DNA from: Trichoplax adhaerens
Lineage: Eukaryota > Animalia > Placozoa
NCBI RefSeq assembly: GCF_000150275.1
Contig: NW_002060944.1
Coordinates: 7,392,735 to 7,456,734 of the forward strand
DNA length: 64,000 nt
Reading direction: 5' to 3'
Positions within the stretch are counted from its first letter, which is position 1; each line of letters begins with the position of its first letter. The position numbers were made by a program, and so were the translations under genes. The notes under the pieces are model-generated. The model was not told the DNA's origin, searched no databases, and saw only the letters and a program-made list of their open reading frames with translations. Below, in pieces: positions 53,005 through 64,000 of the stretch.

Positions 53005-53692
53005 TATGATCGATTTCCAACTAGTCTATTAGGACTTATATTATTCTAATAAATTTTCCAATGTAAAAATTGATATTGCAACCTATCTGGCTATAGCTGT
53101 CTAGATAAACCATTTTATCGTTACTGATCGCTTTTCGACTAGTCGATTTGGACTTGTTTCACTTCAGTTTTTACGTATAAAAATTGGCTTTGCAACCTAT
53201 TTGACTGTAGCTGCCTAGATGAATTATTTTGTCGCTATTGATTGTTTTTCGACTAGTAGATTTTGACTTATTTTAATTTCCGTTATAAAAATTGACATTG
53301 TAACCTATCTAGCTATAGCTGCCTACATAAATTATTTTATCGCTATTGATCGCTTTTCGACTAGTCCATTTTGACTTGCGTCATTTTAATTTTCCATTAT
53401 GAAAGTTGACATTGCAACCTATCTGGCTATAGCTGTCTAAATAAATCATGCTGCCGTTATTGATCGCTTTTCCACTACTAATTTTGGACTTATTTTAATT
53501 TTCGGGTATGAAAATTGACATTACAACCTATTTGGCTATAACTGTCTAAATGAATCATTTTATCCTTCTTGATCGCTGTTCGACTAGTAGATTTTGATTG
53601 GCATCAACATTTTAATTTTCCAGTACGAAAATTGACATTGTAACCTACAGTATTTGGCTACAGGGGTCTAGATAAATCATTATGTCGTTATT
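53005..53692. repeat. ~113-bp tandem repeat, ~6 copies
   Basis: aaaattgacattgcaacctatctggctatagctgtctagataaa...gatcgcttttcgactagt at ~53066, 53180, 53288, 53402, 53511, 53629. Confidence 0.95.
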
Positions 53693-55719
53693 GTACCACT
53701 ACAGTATACTGTAGTACTATGGTTGCATTTGAATTTACGAAATAATGGAGATCGATAGAATTCATTAGCCACTCTATGTAGCGTCTAAATTTGATCATCG
53801 ATTTGTACAGTATTTATGAAGATGAAATGGGTAAGTAGCACCATATGCTAAAATGAGCACAGTACAGTATTTGTACACTGTTCGATATGGAGTTTATTCT
53901 AGTACACGATTTAAATCATTTCATTCAATATAGATGTAATGAATAGTATAGAACAGTAGTCGGAAGTCTAGGTATGGCCGTGGGACCTTACAGAAAATGA
54001 TCACAGAAAATTTTAATAAAGCCATTGTTAAAAACCCTTCCTCAATTTTATGCGGACGAAGATCGATCGATACCGAATAAAATCAAAACGATTTTCGTTG
54101 AATCAAAGCTGTCGAGAGTCATTTCTTGATTGAACGTGTAGTGTACGGGTTATTAGCCCTAAAAACTACTGCAATTAGCTGAAATCACTACAGAATGATT
54201 TTTTATCTCTCTTTAATTTAAAGAGTTAAGTTAAGAGGCCTAACGCCTAGGGGCTTCTATATACAGCATGCGCACATTTTACTCATTAAGTCATCTGGAT
54301 AGATACACGAGTATAAGAAATCAATTCAATATTTGACCATATTTATTTTCATATCCGATTGCTACTAGACTATAAAAGATCTTTTATCTTTGTTTCAATG
54401 TAATTATTTATTATTTTTCATTGAAACTCTACCCAAGATATTTTTATAATCACGTACAGTACTGCACGTAGGCAAGGAGTAAATTTCCGATGCTTGTTGT
54501 ATTTTCTAAGTTAAATCTATATAATAGAAATTCAAGATAGAAACATTTTGACTGCAGTAGACTGTAATGTGTTAAAATGTCTTTATGTGTCATCTATTGA
54601 GCTGTAGAAAAATTAACGTACAAAATAAAGTTAGGGGTTAAACGATGGCCAGTGAAAACTAAGTTCACAGAGACTTACAAATTCTATTCCTAATCAATTT
54701 CAAGCATATCGTATACGTACGCTTCCAATCATACCATACAACTCATTATGCGCTGCCATGAGAAGGTTTATATTTATTATTTTTTATTCTTTTGGGGGAA
54801 TTAAATAAGTAAATTAATCAGTTCTGTTGTATTCCGTTATTCAGTTCAAGTTTTATATTGGAAACCTATACTGGGCAGGCAAAACTAGCGATGCACCCAT
54901 ACGAATATCAAAACAGTGGACAATAATAATTATTATAATTAAGGAGATTTTTACTTGTTGGCCCTACCTACGCAATATAGGTCGCTATTACGTCACATAG
55001 CGAGGTAGAAGATTCGATTCCACTCTAGAATTTTCAAAGTTTTATATCCAGTCTAACCAATCCTAGTTGCAAGCATCAACCAGCACGTAGGCCATTGTCC
55101 GCCATGATGGAAAGGACAATACTGCAAAAGAGGAGCGTGCCCTTCTATCCAATCTATAACCTACAATCTAATTGTCTGATAGATCAGTACACGCCCCAAA
55201 AATCATACAATCAACGCTAAATAAAAACATGCAAATCTGTCAATTGCTAGTTAATACATTAATACGCTCTGACCCCTGGAATATAAATATAAAACAACAC
55301 TGGTCAGATGTTTACTCATTCTAATTACATTCATCGCACCGATCAGACAGTAGAATGTTCTAAGTTGTCATCATCACTCGAAACGATCAAATCAGATATT
55401 CCAATTTTCTCCATCGACCTTAAGCTAAGCAGCGTTCTAACTGTCGATGAGCGAAAGGTAATTGCCACCTGCGAACAACTCGATCATCAATATTATTTTA
55501 TCATCATCATCTTTTAGCGATCGTAAAAGAAAAGAAGAAAAATCAAAATTAACTGTAAAATGGGTGAAATAGACAAAAGTATCGAAATGCTACAACGGGA
55601 ATACTTTTCCATGATTCCACTACGATTTGTTTTTGGATCGATCAAGGTAGGAGACACATGATAGATTCTACTAAGACAGTATGACTGGATAACCTCTAAA
55701 TTTGCCCTTGATTGGCACA

Positions 55720-56290
55720 ATCAAGAATGCCTTAGTATCTATTTGATCTTGCTATGTATCAACGAGCATTCTGACATCCTTCCATTGTAACGGTTGAGAT
55801 TGAATCTTTTGAGTTGTGAATTACTTTTTTCATGACTTTCTTACCATTTTTAGCTCTGTCAAGGTAGTCATGGAGGCCAAATGATAGATTGTACGATAAT
55901 GTAGTATGATTGGATACCGGAATTTACAGTTGATCGGCGCAATCGAAAAATTGTATAATATCTATTTGTTCTTGGCCTGTATCTTTGAGCATCTTCACAT
56001 CCCTCTGAAGGTCAAGATTGAATCAATCTTTGAGTAGTGAACAGCTTTTTCTACTTTCTTACTGCTATTTGATGTCTTGCTGATGGGATTGTGTATACAT
56101 AGACGCCGTAAAATGCAATGAGGATATCCAAAGTTCGAAGTTGATCGCATATCGATCGATACGATTCATTCAGGGTCTATTTTGTTCTACGTAGGCATGG
56201 ATTATCCTTTCGTACTCATGCCCTTCGGTCATCACGGTAGAGATTGAATCAGCATCATAGAAAGAATCTTTGAATTGCAAATAATTCTTT
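55720..56290. repeat. Degenerate ~220-bp tandem repeat, ~3 copies
   Basis: gattgaatc...tctttgag/gaa at ~55798, 56017, 56243; agttgatcg at ~55929 and 56139. Confidence 0.7.
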
Positions 56291-57526
56291 CAATACGGTA
56301 GACATTAAACCCACGTCACAGAAAATTCTTGTATTTGCCAACAGTTCTCGACTGTTATCTGACCATCATTTATATGTTCCAGAGAAATTGATGTATGTAG
56401 AAATAACGTAAAAAGAAACTAGATAGCGCTTGAACTTAGCATTTTGAACGAGATCAACGGTCATTTTTGACTATTACCCTATACACTTATACAGTAGTAT
56501 GGTTATTAACGTAAATACATACGGATTGTCTCATATAGACGATAATGATATACAGTACAATATACCACTTGAAAAATGGTGACACAAGTGAATGGTCGCC
56601 GTTTTATTTCCTCAATTAATTATCCAACGTAGTATCAATCGTCTTTCTAACTTAATCATAGTTCAATGTTCTATCATATACCTTACAATCTTTGAACATG
56701 TTTATTTATTAGCCGATATGACCTGTGAGATGGCAATATTTACAAGTGCAGACATACAGTACTTTGACCCAATGACCTATTGCGAGCCTGCTCATTCTAA
56801 CGCATGTGTAGGAGGGAGCATAGACTAAAATGGCAGCAATTTTTTTTCAAATTTTAATGATTATATGATATAATCACACAATGCTGACAGCAGTCAAAAT
56901 AGTAGTTGTAGAGCATTGCGATCGATAAACATAGTTAAAACCCTAAAACCAACTTGTACTGTGTGTTGGTAGTTACATGGAGTACAAAATCACTACGATT
57001 GTCAACTAATCTGCAACGAGTTTATTTTACTCTGAACGGATTGTTGATCAAAGTGAATTACCAATAAATATCAATGTCAGCATACAAATACATAGAAAAA
57101 ACCTACGGACAGTTAAGTTACGACTGAAATAACAACATCTTCCAATATAGCTACAGACATTGCAAAATCTATGTTGTTGAAACGATCAAATCGAATAAGA
57201 GTAATCTTCAATCTCTGCTGTGATCGTTGATATCCGATTTTCACATGATGCTACAAATTGATTGATATAATGTTAAATTATACAATATCTGACTACTATA
57301 TTTCGACACTGCCAAATTAAATTGCCGTAATCAATTTACGCACAAGGTAATGATAATGTAAATTAATTACGTGAATAATTTTTATTACATAATCAAGTTG
57401 AGTGATTTATTCCATTCCGTATCCTATATTTTGTACAGATGACTAATCACAGTTCAAAACGAGGTGAAAATACTTTGTTTGATTTAACTCGATATTTTTA
57501 TTTCCCTTACCATTTCTATTCTTTAG

Positions 57527-60022
57527 GACATAACTCTGGATGTTGATATCCAAACAAAAATTCTATACAAGGTTAGTTTATCAATCAATTTGAATACAGT
57601 AGAACAATCCTAACCGATTGCATTGAGAATGACCGATAAATATACTTTAACACATGAGTATTATCCATAATGTTGATGTAAATGCCATCACATCCATTTA
57701 TATATATGTATGTATCCATTTTAACAGACTATCAAATTCAAGCTTCACGACAATTATCCTGTTTCTAAGCGCTATACAATAGCATTTCTAAACGAGTTTA
57801 TCAGTAAGGTAGGTCCTTTTTCTTCAGTAAGATTTTCATAAATTATTAGACAAAAAATATTGAGTGATAATATTTACTTTATACTCTGCAGCGGTAGATT
57901 CCTTGCTGTTTAGAACAAGATAACTTATAACTTTTTAATGAATTTCTACCGTAATCTTTCTTTAAATTTGTTGATCAAAATTACAACGCTATACGTACGC
58001 TATCAGCGATATAGCGCAATTGATAAATGATGATTTCCCTTAACGTAAACGATTACTTTGTTCTGATCATGCACTAATTGACGCTGATTGATTGGCACTA
58101 GTGTGAGAAGGCAGGATGTGAAATAATTGACGAATTATACGAAATCTATACTGGATACATCAGCGTGAAATTAAAACCAGAACAATACTTTTATAAGTCC
58201 TATCTACTGGTAAATAATGAGTTAAGCAAGAACTCAATATTAGTGTAATGTCAGATTGATGCACATATATCAATAGAACAACTAAATAGCCTATTACAAT
58301 CTGCCAATTCTAATTTTTTTTTACCTCCAATAACTACAACTAACTTTCCTAAAAGCCGTCTGGAAAAACGATATCAATTTCTACCGCTCCGCAATTCGTT
58401 GCCCATGGTACGACTGGTCTTAACATTTGGCCCGTGAGTATAGCATCTACTTGAAGTCATAGTCAATTTTTTAAACAAATTTACCAGTAAATTAATAGGT
58501 AATATTTTATTATTATCACATTAACGACAACTTAAAGTGATATTACTGTAATTTGCTAATATAGGCCTCATTTGCTCTCAACGAATGGATTTATCAAAAC
58601 AAGAGCATTTTCGATAATCGGTAATGTTAATTGAAAATGAAGAACCACTGAATAAGTTTATACGATAATTAAGGATGGATAATTAAACGCATCATTTAGT
58701 AATTTATGATTAAAGAGTTTAGTGCGAAAATCATGAAAATCTTAGCTATATAAAGCAATATCATGTTTTTTGTAATGATTGATAGAAATCGCACAACTGA
58801 TTATCTTGATTAACTATTAATCTTTTAGATCAGTTTTAGAACTTGGATCTGGTGTTGGCTTAACCGGTATCTTTACTTGCTTAGAATGTAAACCTCGTCG
58901 TTATACTCTCTCCGATTGCCATTGCATGGTTTTACAACGCTTGGAAAAAAATCTTACCATCAATTTGAAGGATTTGGATAACTATAACCTTGATATCAAG
59001 TATTCCTCTGATGATATTATCCAAAATGGCATACATAAAACAGCTAAAAGCACCGTTGAATTGATCGGTTTGAACTGCGAAACTGCAAGCGAACACGATC
59101 TTTCTAAGCTTCAATCCGACATTATTTTAGCATCTGGTTAGATTCATTTATTAATCTAGCATAGTGAGATAGAAAGTACTATTTTTTTATATTACCAGCA
59201 TTGTCAATTTTTAATTTCGTAAATTTACAGATTTAATCTTCGACATGAGGCTAATTAGCTCATTGGTAAGAACTTTGCAGTGCTTGCTAAGGTATGATTC
59301 ATATGAAATTTCATTAAAAAAGATTGTATAGTTAATACGCCTACTGCACCGCGTATCATCAGATCTTGAAACACTTCAGCATTACTAATGATAGACAAAC
59401 TGCCAAATTATAATTTCCCTTAAAGAGTTACCTATTTTAAGTAAAGACGTATTAAGAGAAAATACATTAAATATCTTCATCAAATATATGCATACCCCTA
59501 TATATTGCGTTCTCTAGATCTGTAATTATTGAAAATTATTTTGGATGCGCAAGTAGAATAAAGTAACCGATCAATAAATGATTAATTAATAACCTTCTTG
59601 TCTTATACCAATTGTATATTTGTAGAAATACAGATACAAATAAATCGGAGACGAAGCCAGTTGCCTATATATGTTCCACCGTTAGGAGCGAAAATACATA
59701 CAATTTCTTTATGTCAGAGCTGGGTATGTTACACATCATGTAAACGAAAGTAAAACTTAGTATTAGAAGTTTACTTTCCACTTGTGCTACTGCAACATTG
59801 CTATATAGTCTTGCCGAATTTTGAAGTCTTCATTCCACATCTGTTTCTCATTAAATTACAGCAAAACACGAATTACATAACTGACTGTAGACTAATTTTT
59901 TATATTTTTTTATAGATGCTGCGGGTATTCATTATGAACACATAGATTTCAATCCTAAGAATGTATGTTTTATCAACTTAGAATCTGAAAGAACGAAACT
60001 ACTCAAGCTATGGTCGTCATAG
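57527..60022 (+). CDS. EEF2KMT: Protein-lysine N-methyltransferase EEF2KMT (FAM86A); first exon not located
   Basis: Exons give YPVSKRYTIAFLNEFISK, IIDELYEIY, YKSYLLPSGKTISI, HGTTGLNIWPASFALNEW, FDNRSVLELGSGVGLTG, YTLSDCH, DIILASDLIFD, AYICSTVRSENTY; stop TAG 60020-60022. Confidence 0.9.
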
Positions 60023-61938
60023 TTTCTATATAGCGAAAAATTTTTGTACTCCATTTTCTTCTATTTTATATATCCATTGTGATAACTGTTATACGTATTG
60101 TATACGTAAGATGTTCTTAACTATTCTGGAACGCAGTTTGAATGTAAATATGAAGCAGATGATGAATCGAATAATTTTATGCCAGCTTGACTGGTTTACA
60201 GTGTATAAGAGATCTCAGTGTAGCAACATAGCTCAAAGTATATGCTACGAACAGCGAAACTTCTTAAGATAGCATTAAAATCTATAAAAAAATTGCTATA
60301 ATTAAGTTTATATATCGGTGTTCATAGTTATTTGCAACCGTATCAAATGGGGACTTTATGACAGTTATGATTCAATTATTTAATTAAATTTTTACGGATA
60401 AATTATATTTGACGATAGATACTAAGCAAGTATCTGTTGATGCAACAAAAACAATTTAGTGAAAACTAATAAATTTTTCTTTGAAGCGATCTTAGATAGC
60501 ATTTCGAAGTGGCTATAGCAGATATTGAAATAGCATCCAGTCGTTACTAGAGTTTTATATTTACTTTTATATCAATTATTAAGAAAAGGCAAAGAGGACT
60601 TTTAAAAAATTTTTTCCTTCAATATGATACATTTAATGTTTACGATATTTCATTGTACCTTAGCCCACATCACAAAGAATGTAAAAGATGATCTTTTTAG
60701 TATCAGTTAAGCCTAACTTACGGCATAAAGAGATAGAAGGAAACTGTGCAAACTATTTGCCTTACTACATATGCAAGATAATGACAACATCTGCAGTAGT
60801 AGATGAAAAATAATTTGGTTTTATTATCGCGCTTAAAATGAACTGAATATGGTATTAGTTAAACAGTACCCGTGTAAGTAAGACCCATGCAGTACAGTAA
60901 TAACTCAATCCGATTTGTTTTAGTTTAACAATGATCATGTAAAATCTGTCATTAGCTTCAAGATTCTGCCACCCATACAGCCAGCATTCGTAGAAAAGAG
61001 TATATACGAAATTACAGATTGTAGATTGCAAATTCCATCAAAACAGACGGTATCTATTAGCACTAAACAAAGGAAATATTTTCATCACAAATTATCAAAA
61101 TTTACTGTATTTGAAACTTTGAACACAGCAAGGATACCGAAATCTTATTGAAAATAGAAGATTTACAGCATCTGTAAAATTTACCTGAGAGCTGAAAGCC
61201 AATTAATTACAAAGTGAGTTAAACGTTTAAGTGACAGCATTTTTGTAGCTGTAGGAATATCACCAATATAAACAATAGCATGAGTACATGCATGTCTCCG
61301 ATTTTATTAAAATTAAACGATCTGCTCTGCATATGAGTGGACATTCTCAACGTAATTTGATGCTGAGTAGAAGGATACGATAAAAAATGGTAGTCGGTAT
61401 CACAAAATTTATACAGGTTTTGTAAATAGTAAAAACGAGAATGACTACATACACAATGCTAAGCTGATATTACAGTCTTTACAAGGTGCATACGGCAAGA
61501 TCAATCTTCAGTAATAACAGAAAGCCGCAGCATTATACGTACCGTATAAAATTAGTGCATGATAGCATAATCGAATTAGTATCAATTTATCTACTCTATA
61601 TTTAGGCTATTTATTAAAACCTTACTCCTAGCAAATCCTATGCCTGAGCTTCCATATTAGTCGATTACTTATTTTGTTACAAATAAGCAAATTGTTTTAT
61701 TACTTGAGTACGACACCGTTTTATCGTACATCATCACATATGCTAATTAGAAAATATCATTAAACTATGATAATCCAGAGATCGTTATAATAAATAAAAT
61801 ATAGCAATTTTCATTTTCGTGGTTGAGATCGTAATGACAGATTAATATTTATAAGTATAATATTTCGCACAGAGTGGGTATCATAAAAAATTAAATTTAC
61901 ATAACTGTATACACAAATTTAGTTCAAGAAAACTTGTG

Positions 61939-63933
61939 CTACCTTCCGTAATACTGCTTGAAGGTACTTTCATTGGATAAAATCGACATCGTAGCAAAAC
62001 AATGAATCAGCAAGCGTGGAAATTTAGATGTAAAATACTGTACAAAACTATCAGGTAGATCGCCAAGTTCTTCACGTAAAGGTATTGATAATTCGTAATA
62101 GTGATGTTTCTACATAATAAAGTTTAGAACTTAGTTAAGCATTATTTTTACGTTACGCCGTCTATCCGCAGTAAGTGAATAAATTTTTACTTCAAAGTCG
62201 AAGCAGTCTTTCTTTAATAAAATAAAACGCTAGCGCTACGGTATTACCTTGTTTCTTAAAGCTCGCAGAAGATCTTTAACGGAATCACCTTTGTAACTCC
62301 TGAATTTTCTAAGATCTATCATTATGATTTTTTTATGATCGATCATGAAATGGTATTAGTAGTCTGTAATGCTTAAAGTAGTTAAGTTAATATATCTTAT
62401 TCTATTGTAATATGTGATGATACAAACCTTCTTCAAGGACGTTGCCTATGTATTTCTTCCAGTCACCACGAGTGACTGTTATGCTCTTTGACTCTAATAG
62501 TTCTACTAACTTACTATTCGATGGTTCCTTCTCAATACGGTCACTAATATCCTATCATGATCGAAGTTTAAGTCAGTAATTGTTCGTATAAATCAAAAAC
62601 AGTCACATATACGGTAGTAGCAATGACTAACTGTTATTCAGAGTACTCGCGTACAAACGATATTTTTACTAACCAAAAAGAAGGATAACTGCTTGCCATT
62701 ACTCCAATACACAGGGTGTTGCATAGCAACTAATGCTGTTGGTCTTCAAAGAAATATTTGTCATTATTTTAGTTGAAATCCTACGATTGATAAGGTTATA
62801 GTACACAATGCTAACATTACCTTTGTTTTGGATTGGCAGTAATCATTTTTTTGATTAAATCTATTTCCGTATATGACCCTAAAGATAACATTTAAGAGGA
62901 ATAAACGATTTTGTCAATGAAATGAAAAACGACGCTAAAATTTAAATTATCAAAATATAGCATAATAAATGAGGGAGTTGTAAAGGTATATCTGATAATG
63001 CACCTTCAAGTTCGTCATCAAACTTTATAGAATAGCCCATCCTGATATTGGATTGTCGATATGCAGCTTGACCAAATGGATGCTTTCCTTTCGAAAATGT
63101 ATAATATATGACACAACCAGCAGAAAATATGTCTGCTGAAAAAGCCTATAAAAAGTACACGAAAAGGTAATCAGAATTTTTGTCAAAATTGGTGTGCTAA
63201 ATTGCTTTGTTTTGGTAGAATTTTGAACTATGATCTTTAAACGAAATAAAGCACCATACGAGTATGTCCATGAAAATGATGAAGTATACTCACATATTTA
63301 GCATCATCTTGGAATAATTCTGGAGCCATCCATCCTTCGGTACCAACTACCAAGCCAGTAGACTTACTGGCATAGTAACCATATGATCCTTGAAGTGTTA
63401 TTTGCTTACATAATCCAAAATCTGATAATATCACCTTTCCGCGTTTTGATGAATTTAGCATTTTTACTAATATATTCTGAGGTTTAACATCTCGATGGAC
63501 TAAATAACGTTATAGTAAAAAAATAAATTAAGAGTAATATATATTTAACGGTGATAATTGGTTTGCAAAAATGTACTTATTTCTAAGGAATGCAAGTGCG
63601 ACAATCCATCCAAGAATTGATATAACGCTTCAACTGGCTGAAGATTGTACTCGGAGAATCGATCCTCTTTGATACACTAATAATTGCAAAAGTTCTTGTT
63701 ATGTTGCAATATAAAAGACAAGGAAACACTAGTACCAGATGATAAATTTACCTCAGATAACGTTGTAGAACATAATTCCAAAGCAATATATTGAAATTGA
63801 TCATCGTTTTCCTGATAGTATAAGAAAGTTCTGTCACTCTCCGGCATTCATTTTAAGCAATATTTATTAACTTACCGTGCAATAATATCTAATAACATGA
63901 TCGTGTTGATCCGATTTCCTTAATAGCGCCACC
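61939..63933 (-). CDS. ERN1: IRE1 kinase/endoribonuclease, C-terminal part; gene continues beyond the window
   Basis: [76 protein letters not shown] domain DISDRIEKE...[25 protein letters not shown]...[12 protein letters not shown]. Confidence 0.96.
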
Positions 63934-64000
63934 TATATATTCAAAATCTCCACCTTTCAGATGTACCGTCAAATATAATACTATAATAATTTTTTATATA

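Noticed and set aside
53005-53692. 113-bp array as a transposon or MITE
   Set aside because: No terminal inverted repeats, target-site duplication or coding remnant visible; kept as a tandem repeat.
54960-55025. Hairpin tcgctat-tacgtcac-atagcga followed by ttcgattcc (T-loop-like)
   Set aside because: No acceptor stem or D-arm, so it cannot fold as a tRNA.
58027-58087. Possible C/D snoRNA (ATGATGA...CTGA...CTGA) in an EEF2KMT intron
   Set aside because: The D box overlaps the branch-point/3' splice region, there is no terminal stem, and no rRNA antisense element was recognised.

Overview
AT-rich, intron-dense eukaryotic DNA with short GT-AG introns. Gene content and compactness suggest an early-branching animal such as a placozoan (inference only). 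Left to right: (1) the 3' ~17 kb of a giant type-I membrane mucin with tandemly duplicated 120-122-aa acidic S/T exons, ~26 EGF modules, NIDO-AMOP-vWD with GDPH, SEA with GSILV, TM and tail; (2) a smaller mucin-like single-EGF membrane protein with an NPxY tail; (3) an intronless Mis18-family gene; (4) a canopy-like saposin protein ending in KDEL; (5) CCT5, hosting an intronic H/ACA snoRNA predicted to target the 18S site equivalent to human U1367; (6) RNPS1; (7) ALYREF with a highly structured intron; (8) TTC30/IFT70 with an RFX X-box; (9) EEF2KMT/FAM86; (10) the 3' end of IRE1. Intergenic regions hold local tandem repeats and CAGTA/TACTG-rich promoter tracts. No CRISPR array, tRNA, rRNA or intact transposon was seen. 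Exon boundaries were read by eye and may be off by a few bases.
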